From assembly GCA_051362555.1 (NCBI GenBank), contig CM120640.1:33127967-33191966 (forward strand): 64,000 bases of DNA. Direction: 5' to 3'. Position 1 is the first letter of the stretch, and each line of letters begins with the position of its first letter. A program made the position numbers and the translations under genes. Origin of the DNA: Lingula anatina. Its lineage: Eukaryota; Animalia; Brachiopoda. This document shows, piece by piece, positions 13,106 through 43,678 of this stretch. The notes under the pieces were generated by a model. It saw nothing but the letters and a program-made list of their open reading frames with translations. It was not told the DNA's origin and ran no database searches.

Positions 13106-15544
13106 ATGGATTCCCCTTGTGTGCTTGTGGCAAGCTGTACGGAGTTTTCTCCGTTTGACCTAGCAAAACGTAGGTTAAACTCAATCTAACGATTACAAGG
13201 TGTTAACTCGTTTTTTATCTTAAAATATGAAGGTCATATAACCTGTTGAGTGATAAGTGTAAAATGTATTCAATTGGAATTTGCCACCTCCCGCCCCTTG
13301 CACTGTACAGTAATTAATGAAATTGATAATTGTAGTAAGCATTTACTAACCGTTATTCTCCGAACTTGGCTGTTGTTATAGATGATTTAAGATATAATTT
13401 ATGAGCTTGGATTATTGCAGCTAATATTTGTGCAATATAGTTCTGTATCACGAACAGGATCATAACTGTTCAATCAATTTTGACATTTCAAGTTATTCTA
13501 ATGATTTAAAGGAAATGATTTAGTTCATCAAAAGTATTTGCTTATTCTCATGGGATATTTTTTTCCAGAAATACTCACGGCTGATGACCTACCAGATCCC
13601 AGGCAGTGTCTAGAAGGAATACTAGCATACCCTTGGCACATTAACACAAAATATTACACTGCCAATGTGGACATATGTGTTACAGAAAAGCGAACCATTG
13701 GGGACCAGAAGTTTGCAGAATCAGTTGAAGCCTTTATTGTTTATTTTGATAGCAAAGATGTAAGTTATGTCTATAGCAGAAGGATTTCTTTATTTTTGCT
13801 GTTAGTGGAATATTGACAGGGGCGGATCCAGAGATATTTTTTGACAGTCATCCTAATTATCTTTGTTGGTCCATCCTTTATTTTTGACCGTCTTCTGACA
13901 GAAAAAAAATTGGTACCCATCAATGTAAACTTGAAAATCTGACCATCTTCCAGAAGATCCAGAAGACGACCTCAATCTGCCCCTGACTGATGTACTGTAA
14001 ACAAAATTTATTTGTGGGCTTTGTTGCATCATAAGGTTATACAGTGTTCATGTACGTATGGTACATGTACTACTTAAGAATAAATGTACAGCAGCTTGAT
14101 ATGAAGTAGATCTATGCTTTTGTCCTAACATACCCCTGTAGTAACTTTTTATTTGCATATTTCATATCAGTAATTATTTGTACTAGTAATTTTATGCGTC
14201 ATTCCAAAATGAAGTGAAAATTTTGGTCACATTTGTGACCCACACATTTTGTGTAATATTTACATAATTATTTTATATTGCTTGATTTATTGATTCTTTC
14301 TATATGGAAGGGTACTTTAGTATAAAGAGGAAAATGATAAGACAAGACAAAATTATGCAAATATTACACAAATTGTTCATCATTGATGAAAATCAAATGC
14401 TTACTTTGCTGTCGAGTGAACCATATTTTTACTGAATCATTTCAGGTGGGGAGTTTTGAACAAGTGAGATCTTGGCTTCCTTTTATTAAAGAAATTGAAC
14501 CATCAGTTCAGATGTTGATTTGTGAATGCTGTGATCACAGTGATGGTAAATATTGTTAACAGTTATTTTTGAAACAACCTGCTTCAAAATTAGGGTAATA
14601 TCTGGTTGAACACAGTTGCACCAGGTGTTGTTAAATTTATTACCTAAAATGTTTTTACCTGTCTAAATATAAATGCTACCTTTTATTGATACAAAAACGT
14701 TGTTCTTCACAGCTGTTCCTAGACAGAGGGTTCTGAAGTGGTGTCTGGATAACACATTTGAACTAGTGGAACTTAACCCTGTTCAAGACAGTGGAAGTGA
14801 GGAAGGTATGACATTGAGGACATTCTGTGCTGAATTTTAGAAAGATGTGCATCTTTTAATTTGAGAACAGACCCTAGAGTTTAGATTAATGAGAAAATAT
14901 CTTCATTGGATCTGTAAACAGTTAAACTGAAATAATGTCTGTTATACATGTCTGCACTATTAAAAAAAATTAGAATCTAATTATATCTTTTCAGTGTAGA
15001 GTTATATTTTACCAATCATTAAACAAGAATTTATTTTAGAATATTTATGTAAGTCACTTTTGTAAAATGCTGAAAAAATTTAGTTTGCTGATCTGTTATA
15101 ACACTGAACAAAAATCTGTAATTTATATTGCCCTTTTGTGTCTTTTTTAGATGATTTCCAAGAGACAACTGGTATGAAAAGAATTATTCAAGCATTACAT
15201 GCTCATACATGGTCAAATTTGGAAATGAAAGGCAAGTTGAATTAAACTTAAAATGTCATGTCATACAAAAGCCTTAAGAGGTGTAAACTCTAAACACATT
15301 ATATCGTAGTTATGTCATATATAATATATTTCTTTTTTAAGTTTTGCATGTTCATGAGATTATACTTTGTCTCCTCTGTCCACTAATTTTCAGAATTTAG
15401 TTCAGATGAACTAATTCTAAGCGGATGCAATAAAATAAAATGTAATGAAGATATCAAGTTTGTGCTAGGATTTGGCCTGTGGGCAGACTCTCTTTATTTC
15501 AAATAAAACCCTGTGAATTAATCTGAAAGAACGCAACTACAAAT

Positions 15545-15618
<74 letters not shown>

Positions 15619-17166
15619 TAACAAAAGAACAAATGAAATGATAAAGAATTGATTTGTGGGGTTGCAAAAATGCCCCCACATACTTGTAGAACAATACTTG
15701 TACAACTTGTGAAAAAAGGTAGGGGATGTGGATGTTTTGATATTCAGATTTATTATAATCACATCCTTTGGGAAATGTGGATATATGGACATTTATTTAA
15801 ATGTATTTAAGATACAAACAAACTTATTTTTAATTGTAGAATTAGTTAATTTTTTTCCCATTATAGACAGGCCAGCATTTAGAAGTCCCTATTTTGAGCA
15901 ACTGATGGTGGAGGAGAAAGCAGAAAAAGATGCTGCCAAACTTCAAAGTGGTACAAACACTGAGAATACTACAGACAGTGCAGATAATTCCCAAATACAT
16001 GCTCATTCCATTGATAATATTAAAGGAGAGCTAAGTAAAAGTTTAGCTGGTGCTTCAAAACCTGATAGTGAAGAAGCTGTAACTCAGAATGCTAACAGTT
16101 GGTCTACCTCAGCAAATGATAAAGAAACAGGTGTTGCATCTGATGACTTTAAAGTGAAGAAGGAAGAAAAAACAAGAAAAAGCAAGGAACAAATACAGGA
16201 GGAGAAGATTGGTAAGTTTTTTCTTTGGCTTAGTTTTAAATATAAATCATTTTAACAGTTGAACAAAAAAAAAAAACAAAAACAAAAACAAAAAAAACAA
16301 CAGAGATATGCATCCAGTGGCTTTTTTACAGATGTTATTGTCATATACTAAAAATTGAAATTCAGGCTGATTATGAATGAAATGTACAAAACCATTGACA
16401 ATTAAAATGGTGTTTTTCCATTGTAAGAATTTCTTTTATTTATTTTTTTTTATTTTTGCAGATTCTCTAATCAAAGATGATGACCTTTCTATGTTGGCAG
16501 CATTAGGAAACGATGAATCAGATCATGAAACCTTTGAAGAGTTGTTTGCAAAGATGAGGATTATGAAAGGTACTGGTTCTATATGCATTTTTTAAGTATT
16601 GTAGATTGAAATCAAAGCTGTGTTGTTTTTTGTTCACAAATTAAGTTTGATTTAATAGGTCATATAATTTTTCAAGTTCACAGTGGTAGGTGTTATGTGC
16701 ATGAATCAGGAGACAATTTGGATGGTTGGTTTTTTATGTACATCTTTCTCGGGTATCACAAAACACAATTATGACAGTGCTTTCATTAGAATTTGATTTT
16801 TATATCAGAGACAGCAGAGTCGCTTCCAGCAGAGGAGAGAAAATTGTATGCAGAAAAGGTAACTTACAAATGCATTACTTTAATTTGCATTTTGTTTGCC
16901 ATTAAAGGATTTTTAAGTGTATGAATGCTCAGGTTTATATTAGCGTTAAATCAGTTCTATGAAGTGACAGTGCTTGAAGCATTTTGTGCAAATATTCAAT
17001 TTTGTTTCATATTTAGGTCGCTCTTTAGCAAGTCAATATTTTTTGCATCCTGTTTACATGTTGAACTATGCATTTTTAGGTCGCAATATCATTCTGGAAA
17101 GCAATAGGTGGGGATGAAGATGAAATTGAAGGACTTGATAGTGATGATGGAGGGGGAATGGACTAA
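13106..17166 (+). CDS. AAGAB: Alpha- and gamma-adaptin-binding protein p34 (9 coding exons, complete)
   Basis: Exons 13106-13169, 13569-13759 (YPWHINTKYYTANV..AESVEAFIVYFDS), 14446-14545, 14713-14805 (WCLDNTFELVELNP), 15151-15231 (TTGMKRIIQALHAHTWSN; GC donor), 15867-16211, 16462-16569, 16809-16858, 17080-17166 (VAISFWKAIGGDEDEIEGL..*). All phases are compatible. Confidence 0.95.
13818..13985. mobile_element. Short non-autonomous TIR element (CAGGGGCGGAT...ATCTGCCCCTG)
   Basis: Imperfect 11-bp terminal inverted repeats in an AAGAB intron. Similar CAGG-ended short elements occur at ~48153-48306 and ~60159-60313. Confidence 0.5.
15549..15615. repeat. (AT)n microsatellite
   Basis: Perfect dinucleotide run in an AAGAB intron. 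Confidence 0.95.
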
Positions 17167-17642
17167 AGCATTATCAGTGGTTAATATATTAATGGCTGTG
17201 GCCATTTTTGAATCACTACAGACAAGAAATAGACATACTTGATTTTTCCATTCCTTTTAACACACAATATATATGACATTGAATGCAAATAGTTTTAAGA
17301 GAAACAACACAAGATGTTTGTATGTATAATAATATAATCAGTACTTTTTATTTCCTCAATAAAAAATGTAAAACTAATTTAAGCAATTTGAAAAGAAAGG
17401 TATCATTGGGCTTAGACTGTCAATGTATTAAATATATGTAATATTTGTACTTTAATTTTTTGTGTACCACTTATATTAATGGTATGATACAAATGTGATT
17501 GTAAAAGATTCAGATTTTAACAAGTCTGATTGACATAACAAAATAGTATAAGTAAAACATACTCTTATTTACTGTGTAACAAACGAATTTCTTAGAATTG
17601 TATGGAACTGAGCAATGCATGTATATTAAAGTCCTCTGAATA

Positions 17643-18944
17643 TTAAACAACAACACCCGTCTCAAGGTCTACATTTGTGGTGTCCTTTAAAGTGGCTCTA
17701 TTTTTATGTTCTGTCTCTTCATTTTCATTGTCTGCTGAAGATTTTGGAATACTAGATTGTATATCATTTATTGCATTTTCATCTTCTTCAAGACTCGCGA
17801 GTATCTCCTCTTCTGTCTGTTGGTCTGTCCCAATCTGTGGCTTTTCCAGTGATGCCTCTTTGTCATGGACCTCTGTCACAGAATTCTTTTCTTCCACTTG
17901 TTGATTTTTCAAAACATCACCACAACTTAATAAAATTTCATTTTCTGTTGGAAAGTCATCATCATCATCTGCGAAGTCTTCAAATGTCTGTGATTTGGTT
18001 GGAACAATACTTGTATCAGCATTATCTTCACTTGCAGGCTTTTGGACACTTTCTGACATGTTAGTGGAGGGGTTTGATTGATTTTCTTCTACATGTTGCT
18101 GCTGTTGATCTGATTGTGGTGCTGAATAACAACATAAATTCATAGTTTTATATGTGCCTTTATAGATGAAAATGCAGTATTTGCATGAATTTAATCATCA
18201 TAAATTTGAATAGATAGCAATCATATCTCACCCGAGTCCTTGTTCTTCAATTTGCTCATTCTTCTCTCCTTTGCGAGTTGCTTGTTCCTTTCCATTCTAG
18301 CAAGCTGTTCACAAGTCATGGACTAGAAACGAGACAACAATGAAATATTGAAAAAATTTTATCAGGTAACATTTGCAAAACGGGCTACAAATAGCAAAAA
18401 TATTAAAATTAGGTCAATTTGTGTGAAAATAACTAAATCAATGAATATTAAATATAATTTAAAAAAAAACTACCTTTGAAGATGGTGTTGACAGTGGCCT
18501 ATCATTTTGCCTAACGGGGCTTACTGCTCCATCTGATAAATGTGATGGAGGAGACTCCATTGCAGTCTTCTTCTTTGCTGCTTCTTGCCTCATCATTTCA
18601 TCAAATGCTTCTTCTGCATCCATGTCTTCCACTTCATCAGCAGCCTACATTGTAAGAAAAGTAAGTGACATGTACAATAGACAAGTATTAAATCAATATT
18701 AAATGTTTAAATATAAAATTTATTTTCTATATGATATTTTTGAACCAAATATACAACTTAAAGTAGTGGACCCCTGCCTTCCTACTGCCTATACAGACTA
18801 ACATTAGCTTTTTACAAATACTTCACAATGAACTGTTTATAGTGAACTGGATACCACCTAAGTCATGGTCTTTAGTTTCTAGTGCTTTGAGTGAATGAAT
18901 GACTGTACTAAGTCCGCTTTCTTTGAAAGATCGTACAGATATAC

Positions 18945-18989
<45 letters not shown>

Positions 18990-19264
18990 TGTAAATTCCT
19001 CCTATCACCCCCACATGAAATCAAGTCTCACCTTTTTATTTTTAGAATCGTCTTCATCACCACTATCATAGTTCCTTGACACAAAATCATCATCCATGAG
19101 TGGCATGTCACTGCGAATCTTCTTCACACACGTCTGCAAGTAAAAAATGCAATACATTTGCAGAAAAAAATTACTCGTCTCTAAGTATTATCTCTGCAAT
19201 ATCTGAAATATCCAAACTGTTAAAAATCTATGAAAACAGATGGTCATAAACTTTTTTTAGACTA

Positions 19265-19319
<55 letters not shown>

Positions 19320-20605
19320 GTTTTTAATTGAAATGAAGTGCTTAATAAACACTGAAAAAAAAAAAAAAACAATCTATTTAATTTTATACATTTTTCTAAA
19401 TTTTAAAGATTACTGATTCTAGTTATTAATGCAACCACATTTTATACATCTCACAAACCTGTACTTCCTTTTTAGCCCCAAGTCTTTCACACCTCTCCAG
19501 TAGCTCATCAAATGGCATTTTAGGGAATAATCTATGACCCCAGTGCTCTAAAATCTGCATCATTCGGCACAAATCTTCACCCTGAGGAGAAAATAAATAA
19601 TATACATTACTTTTTTCACAAACACACCCCAAAAAATTTTAAAACAAATGCCAGAATAAAATTTTAAAACAAAAAGTCTTTTTTCATTAGCTTGAAAGAA
19701 TTACTTTAAGTACCAGTTACTTACCTCATGTCCTCTTCCTTTAAATTTGACATCTTTAAATAATTTGGGAAGAAGTGGAATTCCCTTATCACTTGTTAAC
19801 CTGAAATATGCATTAGACGGTTAATTATGGATTTTTTTTTTTATCACTCAATGGTTTTATATTTGGTATTGCGAAAATTTCAGCATTTATAATATCTCCT
19901 AGGATTTTCATTATATTTCACTTCCATTTTAAATGGAATAGAAATTCAAAGTTTTGTGTATGAAAACTCTTTTCATGCCTGGAAATATTATATATATTAT
20001 ACTTCTGTTATGATCCAACTTCATGGCAAAAAATTAAAATTACCTGGTTGAATCCATCTTTGGTTGTGGTCTTTTCACCACCCTCTTGGCAGCGCCTGCT
20101 TTGATGTTTTTCAGTTTAGATAAATCATGGCCATCTTCACCTTCTTTTGAGCAAGTTAAAGAGAAAATATGAGTGCAAATATGCAATTTCATCTTGTGAA
20201 TTCAAAATGCATGTTCTGCATATGCCATAGGCAGTAAATACAACTAACAACAATATGTGAAATACTGAATGGGGTTTCATGATTGTACGTAAGCAAAAGA
20301 AAAAAAAATCTTGAAAAAATTCCTCTTGCTACACTAGTTCAGCAATCTAAGCACATTATCAACCTAAAAATGGGCATTGTTATTTGCAGCTATATTTCAA
20401 GAATGTGTGTTAAAGGAAATTAATTTATTATTTTGAAAATTTATTTGATTTTTTTTTTACCTTCTTCATCTTCTTGAGTTTCTGTTGCCATGTCGTTCAT
20501 TGGGTTATCCTCAAGTTCAGGGAATGGAGGCGGTGCAGTTATTTCTTCAATGTCCTCATTTTGATCTTCAAACAGATCTCCCATTTCCAAATCAATTGAC
20601 TCCAT
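17643..20605 (-). CDS. TIPIN: TIMELESS-interacting protein (Swi3/Csm3 family), complete CDS
   Basis: Exons 20461-20605 ([12 protein letters not shown]..), 20044-20143 ([15 protein letters not shown]), ~19725-19801 ([17 protein letters not shown]), ~19459-19581 ([39 protein letters not shown] = Swi3 domain), ~19032-19133, ~18474-18644, ~18232-18322, 17643-18122 (acidic tail). Confidence 0.93.
18947..18987. repeat. (TAA)n microsatellite
   Basis: Trinucleotide run in a TIPIN intron. Confidence 0.9.
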
Positions 20606-21344
20606 TTTCTAAGTAAAAGTAAAGGACTAAGATAAGAGATTTAAATAAACAAGGCCATAGAAGTTGAACAATGTCTGTTGTTGACTGTATTTATTATTGA
20701 TGTCAATAACATTATTCGTTGTCCTGCCCTGAAACACCGTTACACTGTACATTCTCGCAGTTGGAATGTCACAACCGGAAATAGTCCCTAACAACCAACC
20801 GCATGGGGGCAAAATCGGTCTTTAGGTGCCGTCTCGCCACGTACTGCAATGGAGACGTGACAAAAAGGCTCTTTAAAAAAAGTGAATTTTCAATAGTTCA
20901 AAAGGTAAAATGGCTTTTCAATACGAAGAAGGACTTCGTCCAGACTCGGCCAAAAGATATAGGCTAAAACTGGAGATCTGTGGACAGGAAATTGCGTGCG
21001 CAAGTGTCTCGATTCCATGACACTAACGTACGTGCGCAACAAAGCGATCCTTTCGAGATACGGAGCCCAGGCGTGCTCTGGAACCAGACCCCCCCAGAAG
21101 TGCAAATGGAATTTTTGAAGTCACTCGCTTCATCTGGATCATGTGTTGGCCTACCCTCTACCAGGGTGACCGATAGATTTTTACAGATATTCACAGATAT
21201 GTCTCTAGCTAGATAGATGGTCATTCTGGGCTGAAGTCACCCTGTTGAGAAATCCCAAGGTTGATTACATGGCTGGTAATTGTTTGCATAACTGCTCAGG
21301 CACTGCCACTTGGCAGGTCCAGTCTAAGTCTGCTTGACAGCAAT

Positions 21345-21873
21345 CAAGACAGTTGCTGAAATTCTCACTGTCTTTACACAAGTTGCAGATTTGCTTAATG
21401 AAAGACCAATAGGATTGATGACCAGTGTTGATTATACTCTCAAATTCCTTACTCCCAATTCTCTACTTCTTGGTAGATCTACTTCTAGAAATCCTGGAGG
21501 TTATGATGCAAATCCTTCCTTGAGATCTCATCTCACTTTAGTGGAAGGCTGTGTGAAACAGTTCTGGGAGCAATGGAAGAATCTCTTTGCACACACTCTT
21601 GTCCATCAAACCAAGTGGTTTAAAGGGAATCGAGACTTGAAAGTGGGAGATGTTGTTATAGTACCTGATAGCAATGTTCTCAAGGGAGAATATCGTCTTG
21701 CAAGGGTTACTGAAGTTTTCCCTGGCACTGATGGTCTAGTAAGAAGAGTGAAAGTGTCTTATAAAAATTAAAGAGTGGGAGAAAAAGTTCATGAGTACAA
21801 GGGTGCTAAGAATATTGAGGTAGAGAGATCTGTTAGAAGATTGGGTTTATTAATTCCTGTTGAGGATATGTAA
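21345..21873 (+). mobile_element. BEL/Pao LTR-retrotransposon pol C-terminal fragment (end of integrase + DUF5641)
   Basis: Reads ..LLNERPIG..FLTPNSLLLGR..FWEQWK..KWFKGNRDLKVGDVVIV..YRLARVTEVFPGTDGLVRRVKVSYKN*..ERSVRRLGLLIPVED*, with one premature stop at 21769-21771. Confidence 0.85.
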
Positions 21874-22095
21874 TTGCTCTTAAATACTAATGCAACATTG
21901 TATATATATTATATTAGTAAACAAGTCATTAATGATGTTATATAATTATGATTTCTTTATTAGTTCTAGTTTAGTTACAGTATATGAATATATTTCATCA
22001 GTAAAAGATTTGTGTGACATTTGAACTTTAAGTTTTATAATTAGTGTCGCAGAGATAAAAATATATAATGTATCTCTGCGAGGAGAACCTCCCGA

Positions 22096-22474
22096 TGTTC
22101 TGGGATCAACAAAATATTGACAAAAACTGTTCAGTCAAGCAAATGTGAAATGTGGTCACTCAGTCATGTGATGCATGAATACAAAAGACCACACCTACTG
22201 AGAGCACACACACACACACACTGACTTTACTGGAGAAAGCAGGAGGAGGACATGACTCTTTATAAGATATAGACTCCACAATTTATGTAAGTGTATTTGT
22301 TTTAATTTATGAGAATCATTGTTTTATATTATACTTTTGAATATATTATATTGTATTTTTATTTTTTATTTTAGTGACCGGCTATCGTCAATCTGCTATC
22401 AGCAATTTTGAATAAACTGAAAATAAAGCCAACCGTGTACATAAAAGAGTTCTATTTCTTTATAACCCAATACA
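22096..22474 (+). mobile_element. Probable 3' LTR of the BEL/Pao element
   Basis: TG...CA bounded and downstream of a purine-rich stretch after pol. Contains a TATA-like tataag, an internal gtaagt...ttttag pair and two AATAAA. Boundaries are approximate. Confidence 0.55.
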
Positions 22475-22530
22475 GTAGTTGTAGAGGTATAAATGCTGGT
22501 GCAGTAGCAGCCTGAAAGCATTGTTACGGT

Positions 22531-23387
22531 ATGGAGCAAGAAGAAGCAGATCGGATAGTAAGAAAATTTTGGAATTTCGAAGGGCTGACAGAACATCAAT
22601 TTGAAGCGGTAAGTGCTGCAGTCAGTGGGAAGGACGTGTATGTTGGCATTCCTACAGGAGGTGGGAAAAGCATATGTTTCCAGCAGCCTCCATTTCTAGA
22701 AGAGGATGGGGTGGTTTATGTAGTAAGCCCTCTAAACACCCTTATGGAGGACCAGGTAAAGTGCCTTAAGTCAATTAAAACAATACCATAAAATGGAGAT
22801 GAAAATTTATATCAATATTTTAAATAATACCTTTAATGTTTAACATTGCTGTAAACTCTAATATGCATTAGTGAAAAACATTTCATCGCTAGCAAGCAAA
22901 CACTGTGCAACATGGATACTTCTGGTACTTTAAGAAATACACAATATGTTAATGCTGCAAACTAACCAGTGCTTTCCCTTTTGTCTTTACAATCACCAGA
23001 TTCATCAATTTGAGCAGATAACGAAGTGCAGGGCTGTGCAGGTACAAAGAAAAGAGGATGGTAGAGCCCTCCAGCTGTCAACTGACAAGAGTATTAAATT
23101 AGGTATTTTTATTCAATTACTTGCTGTCAATATCTGATACTGTACCAGATGTATACATGTATTACATGTATACGTGTTGACAATCACTATAACTACTAAT
23201 ATCACAATACTTAAAGTCAACTGTTATGTTTATTTGCATGAGTGTTCCTGTTAATTGCATTTCTAAACACCAGACTTTGACTTCAGTATATTTTAGTCCA
23301 GAGATGGCCACCTCTCCAGAAGGCAAGGGACTGTTTAGAAAGCCTGTAGCAGGGAAATCACTGACTTCAGCCCAGAATGACCATCTA
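22531..23387 (+). pseudogene. Truncated, intron-containing RecQ-family helicase (motifs 0, I, Ia, Ib) inside the TIR element
   Basis: Exon 22531-22755 reads MEQEEADRIVRKFWNFEGLTEHQFEAV..GKDVYVGIPTGGGKSICFQ..VVSPLNTLMEDQ|gt. Exon 23000-23102 ends ..DKSIKL|gt. The exon from 23287 reads (V)YFSPEMA.. and runs into the right TIR, stopping before the DEAH motif. Confidence 0.8.
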
Positions 23388-23633
<246 letters not shown>

Positions 23634-24978
23634 TCAAGTAACTTATGTAGAACAAGTGACTAGAGCACAGGCAAATTCTAAAGCCTGGCATGACCAGATG
23701 AAAAGTAAAAATGTGTAGGAAGAATAACAGCTTCCATTGCTGAAGACTGTTTGACAACTAATCAAGAATCTCCTGCACCTTCTCTGTTAAACAAAATTCC
23801 CTGTTCTGGGAAAGCAGTGCAGTCGCCAGCAATTTCACGGAGAAATGTCCATGAGGCAGATGCCATTAACCTTTACAAGGCAGTGTATGGTGAAGGGAAA
23901 AGGAAAGTATTTCCCAAAGGACAGATATTCACAAGCAGCAATATCCCCAACATCCACAATTGACAAACAGTGCAATGTCACAAGAGCTGGACTGTTTATT
24001 TCTCAAACCAACTCCTGCCTAGGTGCCTCACCAGACAGTATAGTGAGGTGCAACTGCTGTGGTCAGGGGGTTCTAGAGGTGAAGTGCCCCTATAGTCTAA
24101 AAGACCACCCCTTTTTGGAAAAGTTTCCAGACTATTTAGATAAAAATTTGCTAGTGAAACAACATCATAGGTATTAAGCCCAGGCACAATTGCAAATGTA
24201 CATTTGTGGCGTGTCATTATGTGATTTTGTTGTGTGGACCTCACTGAATGATGTGATATTTACTCGAATCAAACACAATGAAACTTTCATAACGCATATG
24301 GTGGGAAAGTTGGACATGTCCTGGAATAGACATGTGTTGCCTGAACTTGTAACCAGGCGGTTGGAGTTGTCCACGTGAAAATACTGCTACAGTAAGTAAT
24401 GGTGTTGCTACTGTATATTGTGTTAGTCAGTCTCCAGAGGAAGGTGATATTGTGGGTTGTGACCGCTGTGATGAGTGGTTCCACCCAAAATGTATTGGTT
24501 TAAAAGCCTGCCAAAATCTAAATTTTGGTGCATGCAGGAAAAGAAATAAGAAAGCCTAATGGGTAAATTACTGGATGTCAGCTAGTGGAGAAGGCGACGT
24601 AACTCGTCTATTTCATACTACTGAGTATTTCTTTAGACGTATATGGACAGATACAGATAGCAAAGCATATCGTCTAACTATAAAACGCTTTAATTGATTA
24701 AAAAAACATGGAACATTGCTAAAGTTACTATTTCTACAATAGGATACGTTAAACATGCATCAAAATAGAGATAATATGTCACTGGCATTTGAGGCATTGA
24801 AGACTGATGATAAAATAGCCACCCATCATTCTACATGACAAGTGTGCACCGTTCCACATACAGCTGAAGACAGCCATAATAGAGTATCAGACACTTTCAG
24901 AAGGGATTAAGAGAGCATCAACAACAAAATAGTTTGAACATTTTGACTGTGCTTGCACTAAAATCGCATAAAACCTAC

Positions 24979-25060
24979 CTGAAGCTCCTAGGCAGTACAA
25001 AAATATTGTAATTTTCGCGGGAAATATTTGGCGCATGCCTAACCCGTACACTTCCGCCTT
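24979..25060 (-). promoter_or_regulatory. TIPIN: Putative TIPIN non-coding first exon and E2F-type promoter
   Basis: Minus-strand donor CAG|gtaggt at 24979/24978 pairs with acceptor cttttacttag|AAAATG at 20609/20608. Motifs: TTTTCGCGGGAAA (overlapping E2F sites, 25012-25024), TTTGGCGC (25027-25034), ETS-like CACTTCCGCC (25049-25058). Confidence 0.6.
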
Positions 25061-26489
25061 TTCTATTCATCTCCATCCAAGAGTCTCGTTATCAATATTT
25101 CGACTAAATCAGTAATATTCTTTATCTTGTGTGTTCGACTGTCGGAACGATATCTTCGCCACATATTTTCAGATAAAAACAGAAAAAAGTCTTATTTATT
25201 CACACTAAAAAGGAGTTAGATTTACTTTTATTGTATATTTATCATATATTTTATCGAGAGGATCCACCCGTCTGTAAAATCTATTGTTGGTCTGAAATTT
25301 GTGCAGGTTCCACATACATGTATTTCAAAGTAATCACTTTTTGAACTATTACACCATTTATTTTATTCACTAAAAGATAATACGAACACGTTTTACAGTT
25401 TTGACCTTTTCATTTATTGGTCACAGTTATTGCTTTGTACAACACAAATTCTATGAGTTACATCACACCACAGGCACAAAAGGCAGTGTTCACTGTGCTA
25501 TTTACAAATGCACCATTATCACGTACTACACCGCAAAGAAAGAAAGGCAAGATGAACTGCAGTGTTAAAACATACTTCATGTCTGAGAATGATCTTAAAT
25601 TGTTCTTTTAATACTTTATTCATTCTAAAATGAACATCTGTCCTAGAAACTGAATTATGAATACCGTTGCACCATGTTTTAAATTATTTTTGATTTTTTT
25701 TAATATAAAGAACAATTCAAAATCATGTCTCAAACTCACTATTTCTGCAGAATTGAATTCAAAAGTCAGTCAAAATGAAAGAAAAATAAAGGAAAGAAAA
25801 CATTATCTACCAGTCTCTATATCACTTACAACGTGATACAGTCTGCCCATTAAAATGTTTATATAAAGTTCCTTTGTCTCTTTTTATTACAAACGTACCA
25901 ATTCCAAAACATTATACTCAAACACACAATATATTCACTTACTAAGTTAAAAATTCGAGAGATATGAAAATTATTTAATACAGAAAATTGCTTTTTATCA
26001 TAATATATCATGATACAAACTGCCCTCAGACCATCAATACTGCAGTGGTGATAAAACAAACTTTTCACCTAAAATAATACACACAACTTGAACATTGTTT
26101 TCATTACATCAGGATAAATAGTTGTGTAACATCATATAAAATATTGCACCAATTACTTTGTCAAGACATTATTATATTTAGTGATATTAATAAACATGCT
26201 GAATAATGCGTTAATAACCACAGTTAATCTCAATGCAAAAATATAAGACCATTTCCCCTCACTACTGGCAGTCACAGTTCAGATTCCAGCTGGTACTTCT
26301 TTTCAAAGGACATTGTCACCCACTTTGATTGGAAGCTCCTCAAGAGTAGCATTTTAATATATAAGCTAAATAATGCTTGAAATTCCAGTGTTATTGCATG
26401 TTCATAGCCAAAATGCTTCATTCAATACACATTCATTCCACAGTATCCAACTCCTGATACAGGAAACTTATATCAGAGCAGGAAGTTAT

Positions 26490-43678
<17,189 letters not shown>

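Noticed and set aside
22531-22791. Host RecQ gene (RECQL/BLM/WRN)
   Set aside because: Truncated before motif II and confined between TIRs with a TSD, so not a complete cellular gene.
23845-24378. YqaJ ORF as a phage or bacterial horizontal transfer, or contamination
   Set aside because: It is fused to a eukaryotic PHD finger, has the CxCC insert typical of eukaryotic transposon YqaJ proteins, and is embedded in host intron sequence.
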